A model generated the notes under the pieces. It ran no database searches. It was given only the letters and a program-made list of their open reading frames with translations, and was not told the DNA's origin. From Balanoglossus misakiensis (Eukaryota > Animalia > Hemichordata), in NCBI GenBank assembly GCA_040954595.2, contig CM082590.2:2356001-2420000 (forward strand): a stretch of DNA of 64,000 bases, read 5' to 3'. The position numbers and the translations under genes were made by a program. Positions 28,650 to 41,400 of the stretch are shown piece after piece (position 1 is the stretch's first letter; the number at the start of each line of letters is the position of its first letter).

Positions 28650-31600
28650 TATGCGCATAAGAACGTTTTACACTAGACTCTGTAGATCGACGGATAGTTG
28701 TACAATTTCCATGGTTGCTTCCAAACAGCCTCGTTTATTTACCGATTTCTGTTGTGAGGCGCAGAACACATGATAGGCCTATGCGCATAAGACATTTTTC
28801 CACTAGACTCTGTAGATCGACGGATAGTTCTAAAAGTTCCATGGTTGCTTCCAAACAGCCTCGTTTATTTATCGAATTCTGTTGTGAGGCGCAGAGCACG
28901 TAATAGGCCTATGCGCATAAGAAAGTTTTCCACCAGACTCTGTAGATCGACGGATAGTTGTACAATTTCCATGGTTGCTTCCAAACAGCCTCGTTTATTT
29001 ACCGATTTCTGTTGTGATGCGCAGAACACATAGATAGGCATATGTGCATAATAAAGTTTTCCACTAGACTCTGTAGATCGAGAGATAGTTCTAACATTTC
29101 CATGGTTGCTTCCAAACACAGCCTCGTTTGTTTACAAAATTCTGTTGTGATGCGCAGAACACATAGATAGGCCTATGCGCATATGAACGTTTTCCACTAT
29201 ACTCTGTAGATCGAGAGATAGTTCTAAAATTTCCATGTTTGCTTCCAAACAGCCTCGTTTATTTACGGAATTCTGTTTTGAGGCGCAGAACACATAGATC
29301 GGCATATGTGCATAAGAAAGTTTTCCACTATAGACTCTGTAGATCGAGAGATAGTTCTAAAATGTCCATGGTTGCTTCCAAACACAGCCTCGTTTGTTTA
29401 CAAAATTCTGTTGTGATGCGCAGAACACATATATAGGCCTATGCGCATGAGACATTTTTCCACTAGACTCTGTAGATCGACGGATAGTTGTAAAATTTCA
29501 TGGTTGCTTCCAAATACAGCCTCGTTTATTTACCGATTTCTGTTGTGAGGCGCAGAACACATAGATAGGCATATGTGCATAAGAAAGTTTTCCACTATAG
29601 ACTCTGTAGATCGAGAGATAGTTCTAAAATGTCCATGGTTGCTACCAAACACAGCCTCGTTTGTTTACAAAATTCTGTTGTGATGCGCAGAACACATAGA
29701 TAGGCCTAGGCGCATATGAACGTTTTCCACTATACACTGTAGATCGAGAGATAGTTCTAAAACTTCCATGTTTGCTTCCAAACAGCCTCGTTTATTTGCG
29801 GAATTCTGTTTTGAGGCGCAGAACACATAGATAGGCATATGTGAATAAGAAAGTTTTCCACTATAGACTCTGTAGATCGAGAGATAGTTGTAAAATTTCC
29901 ATGGTTGCTTCCAAACAGCCTCGTTTATTTACCGATTTCTGTTGTGAGGCGCAGAACACATAGATAGGCCTATGCGCATAAAAAACTTTTCAACTTTAGA
30001 TCAACGGATAGTTCTAAAATTTCCATGGTTGTTTCCAAACAGCCTCGTTTATTTACCGAATTCTGTTGTGATGCGTAGAACACATACATATGCCTATGCG
30101 CATAAGAAAGTTTTCCACTAGACTCCGTAGATCGACGAATAGTTCTAAAATGTCCATGGTTGCTTCCAAACAAAGCCTGGTTTGTTTACAAAATTCTGTT
30201 GTGATGCGCAGAACACATAGATAGGCCTATGCGCATATGAACGTTTTCCACTATACTCTGTAGATCGAGAGATAGTTCTAAAATTTTCATGTTTGCTTCC
30301 AAACAGCCTCGTTTATTTACGGAATTCTGTTTTGAGGCGCAGAACACATAGATAGGCCTATGCGCATAAGACATTTTTCCACTAGACTCTGTAGATCGAC
30401 GGATAGCTGTAAAATTTCATGGTTGCTTCCAAATACAGCCTCGTTTATTTACCGATTTCTGTTGTGATGCGCATAACACATAGATAGGCCTATGCGCATA
30501 AGAACGTTTTACACTAGACTCTGTAGATCGACGGATAGTTGTACAATTTCCATGGTTGCTTCCAAACAGCCTCGTTTATTTACGGAATTCTGTTGTGAGG
30601 CGCAGAACACATGATAGGCCTATGCGCATAAGACATTTTTCCACTAGACTCTGTAGATCGACGGATAGTTCTAAAAGTTCCATGGTTGCTTCCAAACAGC
30701 CTCGTTTATTTATCGAATTCTGTTGTGAGGCGCAGAGCACGTAATAGGCCTATGCGCATAAGAAAGTTTTCCACCAGACTCTGTAGATCGACGGATAGTT
30801 GTACAATTTCCATGGTTGCTTCCAAACAGCCTCGTTTATTTACCGATTTCTGTTGTGATGCGCAGAACACATAGATAGGCATATGTGCATAATAAAGTTT
30901 TCCACTAGACTCTGTAGATCGAGAGATAGTCGTAAAATTTCCATGGTTGCTTCCAAACACAGCCTCGTTTGTTTACAAAATTCTGTTGTGACGCGCAGAA
31001 CACATAGATAGGCCTATGCGCATATGAACGTTTTCCACTATACTCTGTAGATCGAGAGATAGTTCTAAAATTTCCATGTTTGCTTCCAAACAGCCTCGTT
31101 TATTTACGGAATTCTGTTTTGAGGCGCAGAACACATAGATCGGCATATGTGCATAAGAAAGTTTTCCACTATAGACTCTGTAGATCGAGAGATAGTTCTA
31201 AAATGTCCATGGTTGCTTCCAAACACAGCCTCGTTTGTTTACAAAATTCTGTTGTGATGCGCAGAACACATATATAGGCCTATGCGCATGAGACATTTTT
31301 CCACTAGACTCTGTAGATCGACGGATAGTTGTAAAATTTCATGGTTGCTTCCAAATACAGCCTCGTTTATTTACCGATTTCTGTTGTGAGGCGCAGAACA
31401 CATAGATAGGCATATGTGCATAAGAAAGTTTTCCACTATAGACTCTGTAGATCGAGAGATAGTTCTAAAATGTCCATGGTTGCTACCAAACACAGCCTCG
31501 TTTGTTTACAAAATTCTGTTGTGATGCGCAGAACACATAGATAGGCCTATGCGCATATGAACGTTTTCCACTATACACTGTAGATCGAGAGATAGTTCTA

Positions 31601-34600
31601 AAACTTCCATGTTTGCTTCCAAACAGCCTCGTTTATTTGCGGAATTCTGTTTTGAGGCGCAGAACACATAGATAGGCATATGTGAATAAGAAAGTTTTCC
31701 ACTATAGACTCTGTAGATCGAGAGATAGTTGTAAAATTTCCATGGTTGCTTCCAAACAGCCTCGTTTATTTACCGATTTCTGTTGTGAGGCGCAGAACAC
31801 ATAGATAGGCCTATGCGCATAAAAAACTTTTCAACTTTAGATCAACGGATAGTTCTAAAATTTCCATGGTTGTTTCCAAACAGCCTCGTTTATTTACCGA
31901 ATTCTGTTGTGATGCGTAGAACACATACATATGCCTATGCGCATAAGAAAGTTTTCCACTAGACTCCGTAGATCGACGAATAGTTCTAAAATGTCCATGG
32001 TTGCTTCCAAACAAAGCCTGGTTTGTTTACAAAATTCTGTTGTGATGCGCAGAACACATAGATAGGCCTATGCGCATATGAACGTTTTCCACTATACTCT
32101 GTAGATCGAGAGATAGTTCTAAAATTTCCATGTTTGCTTCCAAACAGCCTCGTTTATTTACGGAATTCTGTTTTGAGGCGCAGAACACATAGATAGGCAT
32201 ATGTGCATAAGAAAGTTTTCCACTATAGACTCTGTACATCGAGAGATAGTTCTAAAATTTCCATGGTTGCTTCCAAACACAGCCTCGTTTGTTTACAAAA
32301 TTCTGTTGTGATGCGCAGAACACATATATAGGCCTATGCGCATAAGAACGTTTTCCACTAGACTCTGTAGATCGACGGATAGTTCTAAAATTTCCATGAT
32401 TGCTTCCAAACAGCCTCGTTTATTTACCGAATTCTGTTGTGAGGCACAGAACACATATATAGGCCTATGTGCATAAGAAAGTTTTCCACTATAGACTCTG
32501 TAGATCGAGAGATAGTTCTAAAATGTCCATGGTTGCTTCCAAACACAGCCTCGTTTGTTTACAAAATTCTTTTGTGATGCGCAGAACACATATATAGGCC
32601 TATGCGCATAAGAACGTTTTCCACTAGACTCTGTAGATCGACGGATAGTTGTAAAATTTCCATGGTTGCTTCCAAACAGCCTCGTTTATTTACCGAATTC
32701 TGTTGTGATGCGTAGAACACATACATATGCCTATGCGCATAAGAAAGTTTTCCACTAGACTCCGTAGATCGACGAATAGTTCTAAAATGTCCATGGTTGC
32801 TTCCAAACAAAGCCTGGTTTGTTTACAAAATTCTGTTGTGATGCGCAGAACACATAGATAGGCCTATGCGCATATGAACGTTTTCCACTATACTCTGTAG
32901 ATCGAGAGATAGTTCTAAAATTTCCATGTTTGCTTCCAAACAGCCTCGTTTATTTACGGAATTCTGTTTTGAGGCGCAGAACACATAGATAGGCCTATGC
33001 GCATAAGACATTTTTCCACTAGACTCTGTAGATCGACGGATAGCTGTAAAATTTCATGGTTGCTTCCAAATACAGCCTCGTTTATTTACCGATTTCTGTT
33101 GTGATGCGCATAACACATAGATAGGCCTATGCGCATAAGAACGTTTTACACTAGACTCTGTAGATCGACGGATAGTTGTACAATTTCCATGGTTGCTTCC
33201 AAACAGCCTCGTTTATTTACGGAATTCTGTTGTGAGGCGCAGAACACATGATAGGCCTATGCGCATAAGACATTTTTCCACTAGACTCTGTAGATCGACG
33301 GATAGTTGTACAATTTCCATGGTTGCTTCCAAACAGCCTCGTTTATTTACCGATTTCTGTTGTGATGCGCAGAACACATAGATAGGCATATGTGCATAAT
33401 AAAGTTTTCCACTAGACTCTGTAGATCGAGAGATAGTTCTAAAATTTCCATGGTTGCTTCCAAACACAGCCTCGTTTGTTTACAAAATTCTGTTGTGACG
33501 CGCAGAACACATAGATAGGCCTATGCGCATATGAACGTTTTCCACTATACTCTGTAGATCGAGAGATAGTTCTAAAATTTCCATGTTTGCTTCCAAACAG
33601 CCTCGTTTATTTACGGAATTCTGTTTTGAGGCGCAGAACACATAGATCGGCATATGTGCATAAGAAAGTTTTCCACTATAGACTCTGTAGATCGAGAGAT
33701 AGTTCTAAAATGTCCATGGTTGCTTCCAAACACAGCCTCGTTTGTTTACAAAATTCTGTTGTGATGCGCAGAACACATATATAGGCCTATGCGCATGAGA
33801 CATTTTTCCACTAGACTCTGTAGATCGACGGATAGTTGTAAAATTTCATGGTTGCTTCCAAATACAGCCTCGTTTATTTACCGATTTCTGTTGTGAGGCG
33901 CAGAACACATAGATAGGCATATGTGCATAAGAAAGTTTTCCACTATAGACTCTGTAGATCGAGAGATAGTTCTAAAATGTCCATGGTTGCTACCAAACAC
34001 AGCCTCGTTTGTTTACAAAATTCTGTTGTGATGCGCAGAACACATAGATAGGCCTATGCGCATATGAACGTTTTCCACTATACACTGTAGATCGAGAGAT
34101 AGTTCTAAAACTTCCATGTTTGCTTCCAAACAGCCTCGTTTATTTGCGGAATTCTGTTTTGAGGCGCAGAACACATAGATAGGCATATGTGAATAAGAAA
34201 GTTTTCCACTATAGACTCTGTAGATCGAGAGATAGTTGTAAAATTTCCATGGTTGCTTCCAAACAGCCTCGTTTATTTACCGATTTCTGTTGTGAGGCGC
34301 AGAACACATAGATAGGCCTATGCGCATAAAAAACTTTTCAACTTTAGATCAACGGATAGTTCTAAAATTTCCATGGTTGTTTCCAAACAGCCTCGTTTAT
34401 TTACCGAATTCTGTTGTGATGCGTAGAACACATACATATGCCTATGCGCATAAGAAAGTTTTCCACTAGACTCCGTAGATCGACGAATAGTTCTAAAATG
34501 TCCATGGTTGCTTCCAAACAAAGCCTGGTTTGTTTACAAAATTCTGTTGTGATGCGCAGAACACATAGATAGGCCTATGCGCATATGAACGTTTTCCACT

Positions 34601-35200
34601 ATACTCTGTAGATCGAGAGATAGTTCTAAAATTTCCATGTTTGCTTCCAAACAGCCTCGTTTATTTACGGAATTCTGTTTTGAGGCGCAGAACACATAGA
34701 TAGGCATATGTGCATAAGAAAGTTTTCCACTATAGACTCTGTACATCGAGAGATAGTTCTAAAATTTCCATGGTTGCTTCCAAACACAGCCTCGTTTGTT
34801 TACAAAATTCTGTTGTGATGCGCAGAACACATATATAGGCCTATGCGCATAAGAACGTTTTCCACTAGACTCTGTAGATCGACGGATAGTTCTAAAATTT
34901 CCATGATTGCTTCCAAACAGCCTCGTTTATTTACCGAATTCTGTTGTGAGGCACAGAACACATATATAGGCCTATGTGCATAAGAAAGTTTTCCACTATA
35001 GACTCTGTAGATCGAGAGATAGTTCTAAAATGTCCATGGTTGCTTCCAAACACAGCCTCGTTTGTTTACAAAATTCTTTTGTGATGCGCAGAACACATAT
35101 ATAGGCCTATGCGCATAAGAACGTTTTCCACTAGACTCTGTAGATCGACGGATAGTTGTAAAATTTCCATGGTTGCTTCCAAACAGCCTCGTTTATTTAC
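28650..35200 (+). repeat. Nested higher-order duplications, 1841 bp (14-mer) then 2507 bp (19-mer) periods
   Basis: ORF offsets of 1841 (28715/30556, 29239/31080, 29970/31811) and 2507 (31080/33587, 31811/34318, 32027/34534). Boundaries are approximate. Confidence 0.75.
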
Positions 35201-38030
35201 CGAATTCTGTTGTGAGGCACAGAACACATAGATAGGCCTATGTGCATAAGAAAGTTTTCCACTATAGACTCTGTAGATCGAGAGATAGTTCTAAAATGTC
35301 CATGGTTGCTTCCAAACACAGCCTCGTTTGTTTGCAAAATTCTGTTGTGATGCGCAGAACACATATATAGGCCTATGCGCATAATAACGTTTTCCACTAG
35401 ACTCTGTAGATCGACGGATAGTTGTAAAATTTCCATGGTTGCTTCCAAACAGCCTCGTTTATTTACCGAATTCTGTTGTGAGGCGCAGAACACATAGATA
35501 GGCATATGTGCATAAGAAAGTTTTCCACTATAGACTCTGTAGATCGAGAGATAGTTCTAAAATGTCCATGGTTGCTACCAAACACAGCCTCGTTTGTTTA
35601 CAAAATTCTGTTGTGATGCGCAGAACACATATATAGGCCTATGCGCATAAGAACGTTTCCACTAGACTCTGTAGATCGACGGATAGCTGTAAAATTTCCA
35701 TGGTTGCTTCCAAACAGCCTCGTTTATTTACCGATTTCTGTTGTGAGGCGCAGAACACATGATAGGCCTATGCGCATGAGACATTTTTCCACTAGACTCT
35801 GTAGATCGACGGATAGTTGTAAAATTTCATGGTTGCTTCCAAATACAGCCTCGTTTATTTACCGATTTCTGTTGTGAGGCGCAGAACACATAGATAGGCC
35901 TATGTGCATAAGAAAGTTTTCCACTATAGACTCTGTAGATCGAGAGATAGTTCTAAAATGTCCATGGTTGCTTCCAAACACAGCCTCGTTTGTTTACAAA
36001 ATTCTGTTGTGATGCGCAGAACACATATATAGGCCTATGCGCATAATAACGTTTTCCACTAGACTCTGTAGATCGACGGATAGTTGTAAAATTTCCATGG
36101 TTGCTTCCAAACAGCCTCGTTTATTTACCGAATTCTGTTGTGAGGCGCAGAACACATAGATAGGCATATGTGCATAAGAAAGTTTTCCACTATAGACTCT
36201 GTAGATCGAGAGATAGTTCTAAAATGTCCATGGTTGCTACCAAACACAGCCTCGTTTGTTTACAAAATTCTGTTGTGATGCGCAGAACACATATATAGGC
36301 CTATGCGCATAAGAAAGTTTCCACTAGACTCTGTAGATCGACGGATTGCTGTAAAATTTCATGGTTGCTTCCAAATACAGCCTCGTTTATTTACCGATTT
36401 CTGTTGTGATGCGCATAACACATAGATAGGCCTATGCGCATAAGAACGTTTTACACTAGACTCTGTAGATCGACGGATAGTTGTACAATTTCCATGGTTG
36501 CTTCCAAACAGCTTCGTTTATTTACCGATTTCTGTTGTGAGGCGCAGAACACATGATAGGCCTATGCGCATGAGACATTTTTCCACTAGACTCTGTAGAT
36601 CGACGGATAGTTCTAAAAGTTCCATGGTTGCTTCCAAACAGCCTCGTTTATTTACCGAATTCTGTTGTGAGGCGCAGAGCGCGTAATAGGCCTACGCGCA
36701 TAAGAAAGTTTTCCACCAGACTCTGTAGATCGACGGATAGTTGTAAAATTTCCATGGTTGCTTCCAAACAGCCTCGTTTATTTACCGATTTCTGTTGTGA
36801 TGCGCAGAACACATAGATAGGCATATGTGCATAATAAAGTTTTCCACTAGACTCTGTAGATCGAGAGATAGTTCTAAAATTTCCATGGTTGCTTCCAAAC
36901 ACAGCCTCGTTTGTTTACAAAATTCTGTTGTGATGCGCAGAACACATATATAGGCCTATGCGCATAATAACGTTTTCCACTAGACTCTGTAGATCGACGG
37001 ATAGTTGTAAAATTTCCATGGTTGCTTCCAAACAGCCTCGTTTATTTACCGAATTCTGTTGTGAGGCGCAGAACACATAGATAGGCATATGTGCATAAGA
37101 AAGTTTTCCACTATAGACTCTATAGATCGAGAGATAGTTCTAAAATGTCCATGGTTGCTTCCAAACACAGCCTCGTTTGTTTACAAAATTCTGTTGTGAT
37201 GCGCAGAACACATATATAGGCCTATGCGCATAAGAACGTTTCCACTAGACTCTGTAGATCGACGGATAGCTGTAAAATTTCCATGGTTGCTTTTAAACAG
37301 CCTCGTTTATTTACCGATTCCTGTTGTGAGGCGCAGAACACATAGATAGGCATATGTGCATAAGAAAGTTTTCCACTATAGACTCTGTAGATCGAGAGAT
37401 AGTTCTAAAATGTCCATGGTTGCTACCAAACACAGCCTCGTTTGTTTACAAAATTCTGTTGTGATGCGCAGAACACATATATAGGCCTATGCGCATAAGA
37501 ACGTTTCCACTAGACTCTGTAGATCGACGGATAGCTGTAAAATTTCCATGGTTGCTTCCAAACAGCCTCGTTTATTTACCGATTTCTGTTGTGAGGCGCA
37601 GAACACATGATAGGCCTATGCGCATGAGACATTTTTCCACTAGACTCTGTAGATCGACGGATAGTTGTAAAATTTCATGGTTGCTTCCAAATACAGCCTC
37701 GTTTATTTACCGATTTCTGTTGTGAGGCGCAGAACACATAGATAGGCCTATGTGCATAAGAAAGTTTTCCACTATAGACTCTGTAGATCGAGAGATAGTT
37801 CTAAAATGTCCATGGTTGCTTCCAAACACAGCCTCGTTTGTTTACAAAATTCTGTTGTGATGCGCAGAACACATATATAGGCCTATGCGCATAATAACGT
37901 TTTCCACTAGACTCTGTAGATCGACGGATAGTTGTAAAATTTCCATGGTTGCTTCCAAACAGCCCTCGTTTATTTACCGAATCTGTTGTGAGGCGCAGAA
38001 CACATAGATAGGCATATGTGCATAAGAAAG

Positions 38031-38463
38031 TTTTCCACTATAGACTCTGTAGATCGAGAGATAGTTCTAAAATGTCCATGGTTGCTACCAAACACAGCCT
38101 CGTTTGTTTACAAAATTCTGTTGTGATGCGCAGAACACATATATAGGCCTATGCGCATAAGAACGTTTCCACTAGACTCTGTAGATCGACGGATAGCTGT
38201 AAAATTTCATGGTTGCTTCCAAATACAGCCTCGTTTATTTACCGATTTTCCACTATAGACTCTGTAGATCGAGAGATAGTTCTAAAATGTCCATGGTTGC
38301 TACCAAACACAGCCTCGTTTGTTTACAAAATTCTGTTGTGATGCGCAGAACACATATATAGGCCTATGCGCATAAGAACGTTTCCACTAGACTCTGTAGA
38401 TCGACGGATAGCTGTAAAATTTCATGGTTGCTTCCAAATACAGCCTCGTTTATTTACCGATTT
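38031..38463 (+). repeat. 215 bp out-of-register tandem duplication creating an 84 bp truncated monomer
   Basis: TTTTCCACTATAGAC...ACCGATTT occurs at 38031 and again at 38246. The junction ACCGA-TTT-TCCACTATAG has TTT microhomology. Confidence 0.85.
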
Positions 38464-41400
38464 CTGTTGTGATGCGCATAACACATAGATAGGCCTATGC
38501 GCATAAGAACGTTTTACACTAGACTCTGTAGATCGACGGATAGTTGTACAATTTCCATGGTTGCTTCCAAACAGCCTCGTTTATTTACCGATTTCTGTTG
38601 TGAGGCGCAGAACACATGATAGGCCTATGCGCATAAGACATTTTTCCACTAGACTCTGTAGATCGACGGATAGTTCTAAAAGTTCCATGGTTGCTTCCAA
38701 ACAGCCTCGTTTATTTATCGAATTCTGTTGTGAGGCGCAGAGCACGTAATAGGCCTATGCGCATAAGAAAGTTTTCCACCAGACTCTGTAGATCGACGGA
38801 TAGTTGTACAATTTCCATGGTTGCTTCCAAACAGCCTCGTTTATTTACCGATTTCTGTTGTGATGCGCAGAACACATAGATAGGCATATGTGCATAATAA
38901 AGTTTTCCACTAGACTCTGTAGATCGAGAGATAGTTCTAAAATTTCCATGGTTGCTTCCAAACACAGCCTCGTTTGTTTACAAAATTCTGTTGTGATGCG
39001 CAGAACACATATATAGGCCTATGCGCATAATAACGTTTTCCACTAGACTCTGTAGATCGACGGATAGTTGTAAAATTTCCATGGTTGCTTCCAAACAGCC
39101 TCGTTTATTTACCGAATTCTGTTGTGAGGCGCAGAGCACGTAATAGGCCTATGCGCATAAGAAAGTTTTCCACCAGACTCTGTAGATCGACGGATAGTTG
39201 TAAAATTTCCATGGTTGCTTCCAAACAGCCTCGTTTATTTACCGATTTCTGTTGTGATGCGCAGAACACATAGATAGGCATATGTGCATAATAAAGTTTT
39301 CCACTAGACTCTGTAGATCGAGAGATAGTTCTAAAATTTCCATGGTTGCTTCCAAACACAGCCTCGTTTGTTTACAAAATTCTGTTGTGATGCGCAGAAC
39401 ACATATATAGGCCTATGCGCATAATAACGTTTTCCACTAGACTCTGTAGATCGACGGATAGTTGTAAAATTTCCATGGTTGCTTCCAAACAGCCTCGTTT
39501 ATTTACCGAATTCTGTTGTGAGGCGCAGAACACATAGATAGGCATATGTGCATAAGAAAGTTTTCCACTATAGACTCTATAGATCGAGAGATAGTTCTAA
39601 AATGTCCATGGTTGCTTCCAAACACAGCCTCGTTTGTTTACAAAATTCTGTTGTGATGCGCAGAACACATATATAGGCCTATGCGCATAAGAACGTTTCC
39701 ACTAGACTCTGTAGATCGACGGATAGCTGTAAAATTTCCATGGTTGCTTTTAAACAGCCTCGTTTATTTACCGATTCCTGTTGTGAGGCGCAGAACACAT
39801 AGATAGGCATATGTGCATAAGAAAGTTTTCCACTATAGACTCTGTAGATCGAGAGATAGTTCTAAAATGTCCATGGTTGCTACCAAACACAGCCTCGTTT
39901 GTTTACAAAATTCTGTTGTGATGCGCAGAACACATATATAGGCCTATGCGCATAAGAACGTTTCCACTAGACTCTGTAGATCGACGGATAGCTGTAAAAT
40001 TTCCATGGTTGCTTCCAAACAGCCTCGTTTATTTACCGATTTCTGTTGTGAGGCGCAGAACACATGATAGGCCTATGCGCATGAGACATTTTTCCACTAG
40101 ACTCTGTAGATCGACGGATAGTTGTAAAATTTCATGGTTGCTTCCAAATACAGCCTCGTTTATTTACCGATTTCTGTTGTGAGGCGCAGAACACATAGAT
40201 AGGCCTATGTGCATAAGAAAGTTTTCCACTATAGACTCTGTAGATCGAGAGATAGTTCTAAAATGTCCATGGTTGCTTCCAAACACAGCCTCGTTTGTTT
40301 ACAAAATTCTGTTGTGATGCGCAGAACACATATATAGGCCTATGCGCATAATAACGTTTTCCACTAGACTCTGTAGATCGACGGATAGTTGTAAAATTTC
40401 CATGGTTGCTTCCAAACAGCCTCGTTTATTTATCGAATTCTGTTGTGAGGCGCAGAGCACGTAATAGGCCTATGCGCATAAGAAAGTTTTCCACCAGACT
40501 CTGTAGATCGACGGATAGTTGTACAATTTCCATGGTTGCTTCCAAACAGCCTCGTTTATTTACCGATTTCTGTTGTGATGCGCAGAACACATAGATAGGC
40601 ATATGTGCATAATAAAGTTTTCCACTAGACTCTGTAGATCGAGAGATAGTTCTAAAATTTCCATGGTTGCTTCCAAACACAGCCTCGTTTGTTTACAAAA
40701 TTCTGTTGTGATGCGCAGAACACATATATAGGCCTATGCGCATAATAACGTTTTCCACTAGACTCTGTAGATCGACGGATAGTTGTAAAATTTCCATGGT
40801 TGCTTCCAAACAGCCTCGTTTATTTACCGAATTCTGTTGTGAGGCGCAGAACACATAGATAGGCATATGTGCATAAGAAAGTTTTCCACTAAAGACTCTA
40901 TAGATCGAGAGATAGTTCTAAAATGTCCATGGTTGCTTCCAAACACAGCCTCGTTTGTTTACAAAATTCTGTTGTGATGCGCAGAACACATATATAGGCC
41001 TATGCGAATAAGAACGTTTCCACTAGACTCTGTAGATCGACGGATAGCTGTAAAATTTCCATGATTGCTTTTAAACAGCCTCGTTTATTTACCGATTTCT
41101 GTTGTGAGGCGCAGAACACATAGATAGGCATATGTGCATAAGAAAGTTTTCCACTATAGACTCTGTAGATCGAGAGATAGTTCTAAAATGTCCATGGTTG
41201 CTTCCAAACACAGCCTCGTTTGTTTACAAAATTCTGTTATGATGCGCAGAACACATATATAGGCCTATGCGCATAAGAACGTTTCCACTAGACTCTGTAG
41301 ATCGACGGATAGCTGTAAAATTTCCATGGTTGCTTTTAAACAGCCTCGTTTATTTACCGATTTCTGTTGTGAGGCGCAGAACACATAGATAGGCATATGT

